DNA of 64,000 nucleotides. Source: Pseudohongiellaceae bacterium (lineage in GTDB: Bacteria; Pseudomonadota; Gammaproteobacteria; Pseudomonadales; Pseudohongiellaceae). Shown piece after piece: positions 1-10,339 of the stretch. The position numbers and the translations under genes are program-made. Under the pieces are notes generated by a model. It had not been told where the DNA came from. It saw only the letters and a list, made by a program, of their open reading frames with translations, and did no database searches. The stretch is from the NCBI GenBank assembly GCA_965661105.1, contig CBFICR010000011.1:569-64568 (forward strand). Direction: 5' to 3'. Within the stretch, counting starts at the first letter, position 1, and each line of letters begins with the position of its first letter.

Positions 1-1
1 G

Positions 2-124
2 AAACCGGTTGCCAAGCCAGTAGCTGAAAAAGATAAATCCAAGGATACGAAAGATACGAAGAAGGAAGAGCTGTCAGAGCCCCCGGCAACAGAAGAATCA
101 GAGGGTAAAGCAGATTCTGACTGA
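2..124 (+). CDS. tig: 3' end of a gene entering from the window edge; probably the trigger factor C-terminal tail
   Basis: Frame 2 is open from the edge to TGA at 122-124 (KPVAKPVAEKDKSKDTKDTKKEELSEPPATEESEGKADSD*). Identity is inferred only from the canonical tig-clpP-clpX-lon order; the visible low-complexity tail has no diagnostic motif. Confidence 0.4.
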   Translation, partial: KPVAKPVAEKDKSKDTKDTKKEELSEPPATEESEGKADSD

Positions 125-184
125 TATTCGACAAACCCGGAATAATTACTTACAAGCATATAGCGAACTGCAGGAATTAAACGC

Positions 185-847
185 ATGAAGAATTTTGATC
201 ATAAATCCGGGTTTGAACAGGAAACTGGAAGCCTGGTTCCAATCGTTGTAGAGCAGACCGCCCGGGGTGAGCGCTCCTATGATATCTATTCGCGTCTTTT
301 AAAAGAACGAGTGATATTTCTGGTAGGTCAAGTTGAAGACCACATGGCTAATCTCGTCGTTGCTCAGCTTTTATTTCTGGAGTCTGAAAACCCGGATAAG
401 GATATTCATCTTTATATTAATTCCCCCGGGGGCTCTGTTACTGCAGGCTTGTCCATTTATGACACCATGCAATTTATCAAGCCAGATGTCAGTACCATGT
501 GTATAGGTCAGGCTGCAAGTATGGGCGCCTTGTTGCTGACAGGCGGACAAAAAGGTAAGCGATTTGCGCTTCCTCATTCAAGAATGATGATTCATCAGCC
601 CAGTGGCGGCGCTCAGGGACAGGCCTCTGATATCCATATTCAGGCCCAGGAAATCCTCAACGTGAGAAGCCGGTTAAATCAGATTATGTCCCTCCATACA
701 GGTCAGGATATTGATGTAATCGCCCATGATACAGATCGTGATAATTTCATGAATGCCGATACGGCTGTGAACTATGGGCTGATTGATAGCGTACTTGATA
801 AGCGTGTACTGCCATCTGGCAGCGGCGGTCCAGGTGAAGCATCCTGA
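185..847 (+). CDS. clpP: ATP-dependent Clp protease proteolytic subunit ClpP
   Basis: 220-aa ORF with a conserved N-terminus ([30 protein letters not shown]). Catalytic Ser context GQAASMGA and His context MMIHQPSGG. Lies directly upstream of clpX. Confidence 0.97.
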   Translation: MKNFDHKSGFEQETGSLVPIVVEQTARGERSYDIYSRLLKERVIFLVGQVEDHMANLVVAQLLFLESENPDKDIHLYINSPGGSVTAGLSIYDTMQFIKPDVSTMCIGQAASMGALLLTGGQKGKRFALPHSRMMIHQPSGGAQGQASDIHIQAQEILNVRSRLNQIMSLHTGQDIDVIAHDTDRDNFMNADTAVNYGLIDSVLDKRVLPSGSGGPGEAS

Positions 848-926
848 TAGTAACAGGCACTACCCTGGGTGATTTATACAGGAATAAGGCAGGTCGGCAG
901 TTTTGCAGAAATATCGCAATTATTTA

Positions 927-955
927 CTTGTAAAATGACACATTTGCCTTCATCT
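927..955 (+). promoter_or_regulatory. Candidate sigma32 (heat-shock) promoter for clpX
   Basis: CTTGTAA at 927-933 against the CTTGAAA consensus, a 14-nt spacer, then CTTCATCT at 948-955 against CCCCATNT. Found by eye and not scored. Confidence 0.3.
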
Positions 956-1058
956 TATTTACTGATTAATCCGGAAATTTAACAAATTTTGATTATCTGG
1001 AAGAAATCTTTATAGTGAGTTCGCAAATTATATAATCGGGAAAACAGGACAACGATAA

Positions 1059-2348
1059 ATGGCTGATGACAAGAAAGATGACGATGGCGGAAAGCTGCTG
1101 TATTGCTCATTTTGTGGCAAAAGCCAGCATGAGGTAAGGAAGCTTATTGCAGGTCCTTCTGTTTTTGTCTGTGATGAATGCGTTGATCTATGTAACGATA
1201 TTATCCGTGAGGAAATCCAGGAAAAAACTCCTGGTCAGGAAGATCGAAAATTACCCACACCCGAAGAAATCAGAGACACTCTCGATGAATATGTTATCGG
1301 GCAGGACAAGGCCAAAAAGACCTTGTCTGTCGCTGTTTACAATCATTACAAACGGCTAAATTTTGAAGCCAAAGGTGATGATGTCGAACTCAGTAAAAGT
1401 AATATTCTTATCATTGGTCCTACCGGTACCGGCAAGACGCTTCTCGCAGAGACCCTGGCACGCTTACTGGATGTCCCTTTTACTATTGCCGATGCGACAA
1501 CGCTTACTGAAGCTGGTTATGTTGGGGAAGACGTAGAGAATATCATTCAGAAGCTTCTGCAAAAGTGTGACTATGATGTCGACAAGGCGCAAATCGGCAT
1601 AGTCTATATCGATGAAATTGACAAAATTTCCAGAAAATCTGATAACCCTTCAATCACTCGTGATGTTTCTGGCGAAGGCGTGCAGCAGGCTTTACTTAAG
1701 TTGATAGAAGGAACCGTTGCTTCTGTTCCCCCCCAGGGAGGCCGTAAACATCCCCAACAGGAGTTCCTGCAGGTAGATACCTCAAACATACTCTTTATCT
1801 GCGGCGGTGCATTTGCGGGCCTGGATAAAATCATTCGCGATCGTTCGGATAAAAGCGGTATTGGCTTTGCTGCAGAGCTGCGTAGCCCGGAAAAAGAGAA
1901 AAAAGTCGGTGAAACCCTGCAGGATGTAGAGCCTGAAGATCTGGTTAAATACGGCTTGATCCCTGAATTTGTTGGTCGATTGCCCATGATAGCGACTCTC
2001 AATGAGCTCGATGAAGATGCTCTGGTTAAAATTCTGAAGGAACCAAAGAACTCACTTACCAGACAATATGCCAAGTTGTTTGAAATGGAAGGGGTTGAGA
2101 TTCAGTTCCGTGATGACGCACTCAAGGCGATTGCCCGAAAAGCCCAGGAAAGAAAGACTGGAGCCCGTGGTTTACGCTCAATCATGGAGTCTGTATTACT
2201 TGATACCATGTACAACATTCCCTCGCAGGAAGGGGTTACAAAGGTAGTTATTGATGAAGCTGTCATAAATGGCGAATCAGAGCCTTTGTTGATGTATGAA
2301 ACCGGAGAATCTGCACAAAGTATCTCTGGCAGTAAAGATCCAGCTTGA
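1059..2348 (+). CDS. clpX: ATP-dependent Clp protease ATP-binding subunit ClpX
   Basis: 429 aa. N-terminal zinc finger CSFCGK...CDEC, Walker [12 protein letters not shown], Walker [10 protein letters not shown], and conserved GARGLRSI near the C-terminus. Confidence 0.97.
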   Translation: MADDKKDDDGGKLLYCSFCGKSQHEVRKLIAGPSVFVCDECVDLCNDIIREEIQEKTPGQEDRKLPTPEEIRDTLDEYVIGQDKAKKTLSVAVYNHYKRLNFEAKGDDVELSKSNILIIGPTGTGKTLLAETLARLLDVPFTIADATTLTEAGYVGEDVENIIQKLLQKCDYDVDKAQIGIVYIDEIDKISRKSDNPSITRDVSGEGVQQALLKLIEGTVASVPPQGGRKHPQQEFLQVDTSNILFICGGAFAGLDKIIRDRSDKSGIGFAAELRSPEKEKKVGETLQDVEPEDLVKYGLIPEFVGRLPMIATLNELDEDALVKILKEPKNSLTRQYAKLFEMEGVEIQFRDDALKAIARKAQERKTGARGLRSIMESVLLDTMYNIPSQEGVTKVVIDEAVINGESEPLLMYETGESAQSISGSKDPA

Positions 2349-2542
2349 AATAATCAATTCCGCCCTCAGATTAGTCTCTATGGTAGCAAGCACTGACCCT
2401 GTTTGATCAGTATTTGGGGCAGCTTTCAACTTCTGGCCAGAAAAACGTCACAATTTCATCAACATTTCCTGCCGCTCTCTGGTAAACATGATGAATTTGT
2501 AATTCAATGTAATCATTTCATACAACAGGTCTGAGACAATTT

Positions 2543-4978
2543 ATGGACAATCAGGACGTAACAAATCCTTCCGGTACCCTTCCTTTTTTACCCCTGAGAG
2601 GTGTTGTTGTATACCCGCAAATTGTCCATCCACTGTTTGTTGCCAGGGAAAAATCCATCAAGGCATTAAAGGCGGCGATGGCTGGTGACAAAAAAGTGAT
2701 TCTGGCTGCACAAAAACAACATTCCGATGATGAGCCGGGAAAGGATGACGTATTTACAATCGGCACTGTGGCCTCTGTGCTTCAGCTAATGCATGTTAAT
2801 GACGGCACGGTGAAGGTGCTTGTCGAAGGTGTGGAAAGAGTACAGATCCGCAAACTGAATATTGACGGAGACTATTACACCGCCGATACCAGCAGCATGA
2901 ATGGCAGCACCGTTGAAGAAAAAGACACAGAAATCCTGGTGCGCTCACTACTTTCCCAATTTGATCAGTATGTGCAGCTAAGTAAAAAGATATCGCCGGA
3001 GGTTTTAACGTCCATAACAAGTATTGATGAGCCAAGCCGACTGGTAGACACTATTGCAACGCATATGTCACTGCAGTTGCAGGAAAAGCAGAACATCCTG
3101 GAGTTGGCAAACCTCAAGCCGCGTATTGAACATTTGATGTCCCTGATAGAGGCTGAAATTGATATTTTCCAGGTTGAAAAACGCATACGTGGTCGCGTTA
3201 AAAAGCAGATGGAAAAAAGTCAGCGCGAGTACTATCTGAATGAGCAAATGAAAGCCATTCAAAAAGAAATGGGCGAGCTTGATGACGTACCTAATGAGGG
3301 CGAAGAGCTAAAAAATAAGATAGAAGAAGCGGGTATGCCCAAGGATGCCAAGGAAAAGGCAACTGCTGAACTGAATAAACTGAAAATGATGTCGCCTATG
3401 TCATCAGAAGCGTCTGTTGTCCGGACCTATATAGACTGGATGATTAGTGTGCCATGGAAGAAGAAATCTAAAATTCGTACTGACCTGACAAAGGCTGAAG
3501 AAATCCTCGATCACGATCATTATGGTTTGAAGGAAGTTAAAGAAAGGATTGTTGAGTATCTTGCCGTTCAGAAACGAGTAAAGAAACTCAAAGGCCCAAT
3601 TCTTTGTCTGGTAGGACCTCCAGGTGTGGGCAAGACCTCTCTCGGCGAATCTGTCGCCAGGGCTACGGGGCGTAAATTTGTCCGTATGGCTCTTGGTGGA
3701 GTACGCGATGAAGCTGAAATTCGCGGTCACCGCCGGACCTATATTGGCTCCCTGCCAGGCAAGGTAATACAGAAAATGGCGAAGGTGGGGGTACGCAATC
3801 CCCTGGTTTTACTTGATGAAGTGGACAAGATGGGCATGGATCACAGGGGTGATCCCGCATCGGCCTTGCTGGAAGTGTTGGATCCAGAGCAAAATCATAA
3901 TTTTAATGATCACTATCTGGAAGTTGATTATGACTTGAGTGATGTGTTGTTTATTTGCACCTCAAACTCCATGAACATCCCGGGCCCTTTACTCGACAGA
4001 ATGGAAGTGATCCGCTTACCAGGGTACACGGAAGATGAAAAACTCAATATTGCCAGCCGCTACCTCGTACCAAAGCAAAAAGAAAATAATGGCTTGAGAG
4101 AAGATGAAGTTACCTTGTCTGATGATGCGATTTTAAATCTCATCAGACATTACACCCGTGAAGCAGGCGTTCGTGGCCTTGAAAGAGAAATCGCTAAAAT
4201 TTGCAGAAAGATTGTTAAACAGCATGTTTCGGAAAAAAATTCTCCAAAGCTCAAACTTACTGCAAAAGACCTTGAACAATATGTCGGTGTACAAAAATAC
4301 GATTACGGCAGAGCGGAAGAAGAAGATGCCATAGGCCAGGTGAATGGTCTTGCATGGACACAGGTCGGAGGTGAACTGCTTACTATTGAGGCGGTCGCAA
4401 CGCCGGGCAAGGGAAAAACTACCATGACGGGGTCTCTGGGCGACATTATGCAGGAGTCTATCCAGGCTGCGTTAACCGTGGTCAGAAGTCGTGCTGCCAC
4501 CTTGGGGCTAAAAGAAAACTTTCATGAAAACAATGATCTACATGTACATGTACCTGAAGGGGCGACACCAAAGGATGGTCCAAGCGCCGGTGTGGGAATG
4601 TGTACAGCACTGGTTTCTGTACTGACAGGGATCCCGGTAAGAAAAGACGTAGCCATGACAGGTGAAATAACACTTCGAGGTCAGGTTCTTCCTATCGGTG
4701 GTTTGAAAGAGAAATTACTTGCTGCCCATCGTGGTGATATAAAAACTGTAATTATTCCAAAAGAAAATGAAAGGGATCTGAAAGAAATTCCGGATAACAT
4801 CAAAGCCGATCTGGACATTAAACCGGTGAAGTGGATTGATGAAGTTTTGGAAATTGCCCTTACCTATATGCCGGAACCTGCGGAAGATAATAAAACTCAA
4901 GCACTTGAAAAAGGTTCCTCAAAATCATCTGAGAATAATGTCAAAGATAAAAGAAAAAAACCTATAAATACACACTAG
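2543..4978 (+). CDS. lon: Lon protease (LonA type)
   Basis: 811 aa. N-terminal [13 protein letters not shown]-like start, Walker [12 protein letters not shown], and protease Ser in [11 protein letters not shown]. Has a Lys-rich C-terminal tail. Confidence 0.97.
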   Translation: MDNQDVTNPSGTLPFLPLRGVVVYPQIVHPLFVAREKSIKALKAAMAGDKKVILAAQKQHSDDEPGKDDVFTIGTVASVLQLMHVNDGTVKVLVEGVERVQIRKLNIDGDYYTADTSSMNGSTVEEKDTEILVRSLLSQFDQYVQLSKKISPEVLTSITSIDEPSRLVDTIATHMSLQLQEKQNILELANLKPRIEHLMSLIEAEIDIFQVEKRIRGRVKKQMEKSQREYYLNEQMKAIQKEMGELDDVPNEGEELKNKIEEAGMPKDAKEKATAELNKLKMMSPMSSEASVVRTYIDWMISVPWKKKSKIRTDLTKAEEILDHDHYGLKEVKERIVEYLAVQKRVKKLKGPILCLVGPPGVGKTSLGESVARATGRKFVRMALGGVRDEAEIRGHRRTYIGSLPGKVIQKMAKVGVRNPLVLLDEVDKMGMDHRGDPASALLEVLDPEQNHNFNDHYLEVDYDLSDVLFICTSNSMNIPGPLLDRMEVIRLPGYTEDEKLNIASRYLVPKQKENNGLREDEVTLSDDAILNLIRHYTREAGVRGLEREIAKICRKIVKQHVSEKNSPKLKLTAKDLEQYVGVQKYDYGRAEEEDAIGQVNGLAWTQVGGELLTIEAVATPGKGKTTMTGSLGDIMQESIQAALTVVRSRAATLGLKENFHENNDLHVHVPEGATPKDGPSAGVGMCTALVSVLTGIPVRKDVAMTGEITLRGQVLPIGGLKEKLLAAHRGDIKTVIIPKENERDLKEIPDNIKADLDIKPVKWIDEVLEIALTYMPEPAEDNKTQALEKGSSKSSENNVKDKRKKPINTH

Positions 4979-4993
4979 GAAACCTTGTATTCC

Positions 4994-5023
4994 TTGACAT
5001 TCCTTCAATACAGTTGGTATAAA
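4994..5023 (+). promoter_or_regulatory. Candidate sigma70 promoter for hupB
   Basis: TTGACA at 4994-4999, an 18-nt spacer, then TGgTATAAA (extended -10, TATAAA at 5018-5023). Lies about 90 nt upstream of the hupB start. Confidence 0.45.
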
Positions 5024-5114
5024 GTTTATTGATTTACAGGCTGGCTAATCGCTTCCAAAAACGTAGTAAAACACTCCACAAAAACTGAACCTAAAACGAT
5101 AACAAGGGGATAAC

Positions 5115-5390
5115 GTGAATAAATCCGAATTAATAGATGCTGTTGCTGAAACTGCCGATTTACCAAAAGCTGCCGCTGCTCGTGCCATTGATGCTATGAC
5201 TGATGCGATCGCTGCATCACTAAAATCTGGCAACTCTGTTGCACTGGTTGGTTTTGGCTCTTTTAATGTAAAAGATCGTCCAGCTCGTACTGGTCGTAAT
5301 CCTCAAACAGGAGCGCCGATCCAGATTAAAGCTGCTCGAGTTCCTTCTTTTAAAGCTGGTAAAGCACTGAAAGACGCTGTTAATTCCTGA
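5115..5390 (+). CDS. hupB: DNA-binding protein HU, beta-like subunit
   Basis: 91 aa with a GTG start. [12 protein letters not shown]..., and the DNA-binding arm [16 protein letters not shown]. Position after lon matches lon-hupB-ppiD. Confidence 0.93.
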   Translation: MNKSELIDAVAETADLPKAAAARAIDAMTDAIAASLKSGNSVALVGFGSFNVKDRPARTGRNPQTGAPIQIKAARVPSFKAGKALKDAVNS

Positions 5391-5444
5391 TGGCGTTAAC
5401 TTCGGCTCTTTAAAACAGCCGAAAACTCAGGATAGTTTATAGAG

Positions 5445-5473
5445 GGCGCATCATTGATGCGCCTTCTGTTTTT
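5445..5473 (+). terminator. Rho-independent terminator of hupB
   Basis: Stem GGCGCAT/ATGCGCC (5445-5451 and 5457-5463) with a 5-nt loop, followed by TTCTGTTTTT. A second hairpin without a T-run (TTCGGCT/AGCCGAA) lies at 5401-5423. Confidence 0.7.
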
Positions 5474-5483
5474 CTTAGTTGTA

Positions 5484-5522
5484 AAGATTTCTAGTTAAGA
5501 TTCCTAGCAAAGATTAATAGTG
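5484..5522. repeat. Three tandem 13-bp units AAGATTnnTAGnn
   Basis: Units are aagatttctagtt, aagattcctagca and aagattaatagtg, starting at 5484, 5497 and 5510 (exact 13-nt period). Located in the hupB-ppiD intergenic region. Confidence 0.6.
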
Positions 5523-5598
5523 TAAAATTAGCAAACAAGGTTTTCACGTTACAAACAATTGCCTAATGTGGAAACTGCTTTGTTACTTTAATTAATGG

Positions 5599-5623
5599 AT
5601 GTTGATTAGCTCAACATTTTTTT
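5599..5623 (+). terminator. Weak terminator-like hairpin 19 nt upstream of the ppiD start
   Basis: ATGTTGA/TCAACAT 7-bp stem with a 5-nt loop, then T6. The stem is AT-rich and its function is unknown. Confidence 0.3.
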
Positions 5624-5641
5624 AAAATTCTGGATTAAAAA

Positions 5642-7528
5642 ATGCTGCAAAAAATTCGAGATAATTCCCAGGGTATTGGAGCCAAGATTTTTGTCTGGTT
5701 TATTATCGTAATATTCGGTGCATGGGGAGCCAGCACGATAGTCTCATCTGTCATTAACTCAACACCTGCTATTTCTGTGAATGGTACTGACATTGATGAG
5801 TTGCAAGTTGAACGAACTACCCAGGCCAGATTGCAGGAGATGATGCAGTCCCTGGGGCCAGATGCAGATCTTTCCAGTATTGATGAAGACCTGGCCAGAG
5901 AAGCGGCGTTGAATGAACTTATACAGCAGGAATTATTGCTCCAGTATGCTGAAAATACCGGGATGGTTATCTCCTCCAGATCTATTGATCGGTCAATAGC
6001 ACAGACCGCCGATTTTCAGGTTGATGGTGTGTTTAATGGCGAACGTGCTCAAATGTTAATCAACTCCATGGGCTATACCCCAAATTCCTATCGTGCAGCG
6101 CTTGCCTCGCAGGGGCTGATAAATCAGATTTCCTATGCCTATGGACTATCCGGTTTTGTAACCAAGCCGGAAATCGAAAATATAGCCAAATTACTGAATC
6201 AGACCCGTGATCTACGTTATATCCTCGTAAGCCTGGATACTCAGTTAGGTAGTATTGACGTTACGGATGAGGAAATCGAGGAATATTACAACACCAATGA
6301 AAGCCAGTTCATGCTTGATGAACAGGTTTCTCTCCAATATATCGAGCTTGATAAAGACGCGATATTTGACGAAGTTGTAGTCACAGAGAATCAGATTGTG
6401 CAACGCTACGAAGAAGAACAACTGGAGTATCAATCCCAGGTGGAGCGCCGTGCCTCTCACATACTCCTTGAATCTTTTGACGACGATGATCTGGCCGCAG
6501 ACATGACTTTGGCTGAAGAATTGAAGAACAGGATAGATAATGGAGAGAGTTTTGAAGCTCTGGCCCTGGAATATTCTGATGACCTGGGCTCTGCCGAAGA
6601 GGGTGGCGATGTTGGCTACACCACTGGAGATAATTTTGTAGAGCCTTTCGAACAGGCCCTGTTAACCCTCGCAGTTGGTGAGGTTTCAGACCCTGTGCAG
6701 TCAGAGTTTGGTGTACATCTAATCAAACTGACAGAACAAAGCGAATCCGCACTCGAGTCTTTTGAAGAAAGCAGGGAAAGACTGGAACGCGATCTCAAGT
6801 CTGATGAAGTAGATACCATTTTCCTGCAACGTTCAGAAGAACTGGGTAATCTGGCTTTTGAGTCCTTTGATCTCACTGATCCTGCCCAGATTATGGGACT
6901 TGACATTCAAACCACACAATTATTTAGCCGTAGCGGTGGCGTGGGTATTGCAGCGAATAGCGATGTTATCAACTCTGCCTTCAGTCCACAGGTATTACTC
7001 GATGGGCTGAACAGTGACCTTATCTCTGTTACTCCTTCACGAAGCGTAGTAATCAGGGTTCTTGAGCACAATCAACCACAACTGCAGGCTATGGAAGACG
7101 TCCGTGGCGAAATTGAGATCATGCTCCAGTTTGAAAAAATCCAGCAACGGACTCTTAGCCTGGGCGAGACAATAAAGACCAATTATCAAAATGATCAAAA
7201 TATCGACAGCTTGCTGGAAACCCAGAATTTAAGCTGGAACCAAATTGATGGCCTTGAACGTTCTGATCAGGTTCTGCCTCCTCAACTGGTTAATTACATA
7301 TTTGAAATGCCTGATCCTGAAGACGGTACTCCGGTAATTGACGGACTGCTACTCAATACCGGTGAATATGTAGTAATTGAGTTACAGGGAGTCAATGAAG
7401 GCTCACTGGAAGATTTTGACGAAACTGAATTAAGCAGTCTGGAAAGTTTTATTGCCCAGCAGTCTGCCAATGCAGATTTTGAAGCCCTGATTACGGGAAT
7501 GGAGAACAGGGCAGAAATTGTCCGATAG
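5642..7528 (+). CDS. ppiD: Periplasmic chaperone / peptidyl-prolyl isomerase PpiD
   Basis: 628 aa. N-terminal MLQKIRDNSQG start plus a single TM helix (IFVWFIIVIFGAWGAS). Parvulin-like segment RRASHILL...FGVHLIKL. Synteny after hupB. Confidence 0.9.
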   Translation: MLQKIRDNSQGIGAKIFVWFIIVIFGAWGASTIVSSVINSTPAISVNGTDIDELQVERTTQARLQEMMQSLGPDADLSSIDEDLAREAALNELIQQELLLQYAENTGMVISSRSIDRSIAQTADFQVDGVFNGERAQMLINSMGYTPNSYRAALASQGLINQISYAYGLSGFVTKPEIENIAKLLNQTRDLRYILVSLDTQLGSIDVTDEEIEEYYNTNESQFMLDEQVSLQYIELDKDAIFDEVVVTENQIVQRYEEEQLEYQSQVERRASHILLESFDDDDLAADMTLAEELKNRIDNGESFEALALEYSDDLGSAEEGGDVGYTTGDNFVEPFEQALLTLAVGEVSDPVQSEFGVHLIKLTEQSESALESFEESRERLERDLKSDEVDTIFLQRSEELGNLAFESFDLTDPAQIMGLDIQTTQLFSRSGGVGIAANSDVINSAFSPQVLLDGLNSDLISVTPSRSVVIRVLEHNQPQLQAMEDVRGEIEIMLQFEKIQQRTLSLGETIKTNYQNDQNIDSLLETQNLSWNQIDGLERSDQVLPPQLVNYIFEMPDPEDGTPVIDGLLLNTGEYVVIELQGVNEGSLEDFDETELSSLESFIAQQSANADFEALITGMENRAEIVR

Positions 7529-7550
7529 GGTGTAAAACAGTTTATTAAAA

Positions 7551-7587
7551 AGGCCTGATTTCTACTCGAAATCGGGCCTTTTTTTTA
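7551..7587 (+). terminator. Rho-independent terminator of ppiD
   Basis: 12-bp stem AGGCCTGATTTC/GAAATCGGGCCT (one G-U pair) with loop TACTC, followed by T8. Confidence 0.8.
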
Positions 7588-7765
7588 TAGCTGAAGACGA
7601 TTACGCTGCATTGTCTCGAATAACGTTAAACCTTCTAGACTTAAGCAAACAGGGCGTTTATTCTATTTATCCAGTACTGGCTGCCAGATCAAAGTTAACC
7701 TTTAAATCCTCCTGGCGGCGTTTCCATTGACACCAGCATCCATGCACTTGCAGGAATTGTTTAAG

Positions 7766-9394
7766 ATGATATTAAGTAGATCCCGAATTCCAGTTTTATT
7801 GTTGTCGGTTTTCCTCGTGGCGTGTGGAGGAGGGAGCAGTGAATCGCGTGTGGTAACGGGTAACCAGCAAGGCGTTCTGCATTTTGGCAATGGTACGGAA
7901 CCACAAGGTATTGATCCCCATATTGTCACCGGTGTACCAGAACATCATATTATAGGCGCATTGTTCGAAGGGCTGGTCACTAAAAATCCCTATACTCTGG
8001 AGCCGGAGCCTGGCGTAGCTGAAAGCTGGGACATCAGTGAAGACGGAAGGGTTTACACTTTCCATTTTCGGGATAACGCGCGTTGGAGTAATGGTGACCC
8101 AGTGGTCGCGGAAGATTTCCGCTGGTCCTGGGAACGAGCGCTAACCCCGGAACTTGGCAGCCTTTACAATTACATGTTTTTTCCGATCCTCAATGCGGAA
8201 GCGTTTGCCACCGGTGCCATTGATGATTTTAGCGAAGTAGGGGTCAAGGTTCTGGACCAGCGCACCCTGGAAGTGACTTTACGCGAACCCACGCCCTTCC
8301 TTTTGCAGCTCTTTGACCACTACAGTACTTATCCTGTTCATCCGGCAACGGTGCTTGCTTTCGGATCCCCCAGCGACAGGTTTTCGCAATGGTCCCGGGA
8401 AGGCAATATTGTTACCAATGGTGCATTTACTCTCACAGAGTGGCAGGTTAATTCACATATCAGAGTAGAAAAATCGCCGCTTTACTGGGATGCGGACGAA
8501 GTCAAACTTAATGCGATCGTTTTTTATCCCACCGAAAACATTGTTACTGAAGAAAGGATGTTTCGCGACGAGCAGATCCATTTCACCAATGAAGTTGCTT
8601 TGGACAAAGTTCCGGTTTATCGCAGCGAGCAGCCAGAACTGCTTGAGATCGCCCCTTACCTGGGGACTTACTATTATTTGATCAACACCACGCGCGAACC
8701 ATTTAATGACGTGCGGGTACGTAAGGCTCTTTCCATGGCAATTGATCGTGACTTGCTGGTGGAAACGATTCTGGAAAACCTTTATTTGCCGTCTTATGCC
8801 CTGGTCCCACCGGGTACTCTGGGTTATGAACCACCAGTAACATTTGGCTATGATCCCGAGCAGGCCAGACAACTTCTCGCTGAAGCAGGGTATCCCGGTG
8901 GTGAAAATTTTCCGTCCTTTGATATTTTGTATAACACGCAGGAAAACCACCAGAAAATTGCTGTAGCCATTCAGCAAATGTGGATGGAGACATTGGGAGT
9001 CAGTGCCAGACCCATGAATCAGGAGTGGAAGGTCTATCTGGATTCAACGGATAATTTTAATTATTCAATATCACGACGTGGCTGGATAGGTGATTACGTC
9101 GATCCAAATACCTTCCTCGACATGATGATTACTGATGGGGGAAATAATAAAACCGGTTTTAGTGATGATCGCTATGACGAACTGATCCTGCGGGAAGCGC
9201 CGGCCACCCTGGATCAGGAAAAACGTTTTGATCTCTACCAGGAAGCCGAAGCCATCCTGATGAATGCCATGCCCATCATTCCGATTTACACTTACCAGAG
9301 TAAACACCTGAAACATCCCAGTCTGAAAGGATTGCCTTCCAACATAATGGACTATTACAACTGGAAGTATGTCTATCTCGATGCATCGCAATAG
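7766..9394 (+). CDS. Peptide/nickel (family 5) ABC transporter substrate-binding lipoprotein
   Basis: The ORF is open from 7727. The ATG at 7766 gives a classical lipoprotein signal, MILSRSRIPVLLLSVFLVAC|GGGSS. The rest resembles OppA/DppA-type binding proteins (about 540 aa) and is followed by cognate permeases. Confidence 0.85.
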   Translation: MILSRSRIPVLLLSVFLVACGGGSSESRVVTGNQQGVLHFGNGTEPQGIDPHIVTGVPEHHIIGALFEGLVTKNPYTLEPEPGVAESWDISEDGRVYTFHFRDNARWSNGDPVVAEDFRWSWERALTPELGSLYNYMFFPILNAEAFATGAIDDFSEVGVKVLDQRTLEVTLREPTPFLLQLFDHYSTYPVHPATVLAFGSPSDRFSQWSREGNIVTNGAFTLTEWQVNSHIRVEKSPLYWDADEVKLNAIVFYPTENIVTEERMFRDEQIHFTNEVALDKVPVYRSEQPELLEIAPYLGTYYYLINTTREPFNDVRVRKALSMAIDRDLLVETILENLYLPSYALVPPGTLGYEPPVTFGYDPEQARQLLAEAGYPGGENFPSFDILYNTQENHQKIAVAIQQMWMETLGVSARPMNQEWKVYLDSTDNFNYSISRRGWIGDYVDPNTFLDMMITDGGNNKTGFSDDRYDELILREAPATLDQEKRFDLYQEAEAILMNAMPIIPIYTYQSKHLKHPSLKGLPSNIMDYYNWKYVYLDASQ

Positions 9395-9409
9395 AACAGG
9401 CTGACCTAT

Positions 9410-10339
9410 ATGTGGCGTTTTATCGGGCTTCGAAGTTTACAGGCTATTCCGGTCATACTGGCTGTCATTACAGTGACTTTTTTTCTGGTACGCGCCGCTC
9501 CCGGTGGTCCGTTTTCCAGTGAGAAAGCAGTATCACCCCAGGTGCAGGCAGCACTGGAAGCACAATATCGGCTGGATCAACCTCCCTTGCAACAATACGT
9601 CTCGTATCTTACTGATCTGGTTCAGGGAAATATGGGGCCTTCTTTCTATTATCCGGGACGCAGCGTAGATGAACTCATTCTGCAGGGACTACCCATTACC
9701 GCAGAGCTTGGGTTATACGCCTTGTTGATTGCGGTCATAATCGGTAGCTTTGCCGGCGTCATTGCGGCCCTAAAACCCAATACCATGCAGGATTATGTCC
9801 CCATGAGCATAGCCATGGTGGGCATCTGCATGCCTTCATTTCTGCTTGGGCCTGTGCTGGTGCTGGTGTTTGGCATTATGCTGGATTGGCTGCCGGTATC
9901 AGGGTGGGGAAATTCTAACGGAGACAAGATTTTACCCAGTATCACTCTAGGCGCGATGTATGCTGCCTATATCGCCAGACTTAGCCGCTCCGGAATGCTG
10001 GAAGTCATGTCCCAGGATTATCTTCGTACCGCAAGAGCCAAAGGCCTGCCGGAATCCGTGGTAATTCTCAAGCATGCCTTAAGAGGAGGACTATTACCGG
10101 TAATAAGCTATCTAGGTCCGGCTTTTGCGGCCTTGTTGAGTGGCTCCTTTGTGGTGGAAACCATCTTTCAGATTCCCGGGCTTGGCAGATTCTATGTACA
10201 GGCTGCGTTTAACCGCGATTACACGATGATCCTTGGCACCACCGTTTTCCTTTCCACGCTGATTGTGGTGTTTAATTTACTTTCAGATATTGCTGCTGCC
10301 TGGGTTAATCCCAGATTACGGTACCAGTTCAATAAATAA
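9410..10339 (+). CDS. Peptide ABC transporter permease (OppB/DppB-like)
   Basis: 309 aa, multi-TM. N-terminal ...TFFLVRAAPGGPF and the characteristic DYLRTARAKGL motif. Confidence 0.9.
   Translation: MWRFIGLRSLQAIPVILAVITVTFFLVRAAPGGPFSSEKAVSPQVQAALEAQYRLDQPPLQQYVSYLTDLVQGNMGPSFYYPGRSVDELILQGLPITAELGLYALLIAVIIGSFAGVIAALKPNTMQDYVPMSIAMVGICMPSFLLGPVLVLVFGIMLDWLPVSGWGNSNGDKILPSITLGAMYAAYIARLSRSGMLEVMSQDYLRTARAKGLPESVVILKHALRGGLLPVISYLGPAFAALLSGSFVVETIFQIPGLGRFYVQAAFNRDYTMILGTTVFLSTLIVVFNLLSDIAAAWVNPRLRYQFNK

Noticed and set aside
7727-7765. Upstream extensions of ORF-track starts (binding protein 7727, DUF934 19108, mfd 26906, apbE 28509, nuoK 41290, exbB 53528, lpxK 56428, ycaR 57434)
   Set aside because: In each case an internal start gives an N-terminus matching the family, avoids overlap with the upstream gene, or has a better RBS. 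Examples are the lipobox signal, the NuoK MxxIPxxHGL start and the ExbB MFEIV start. The extensions are probably not translated.
8453-8977. 174-aa ORF antisense to the ABC binding-protein gene (and the neighbouring 8703-8993 ORF)
   Set aside because: These are shadow ORFs within a well-supported CDS, with no motif or RBS support.
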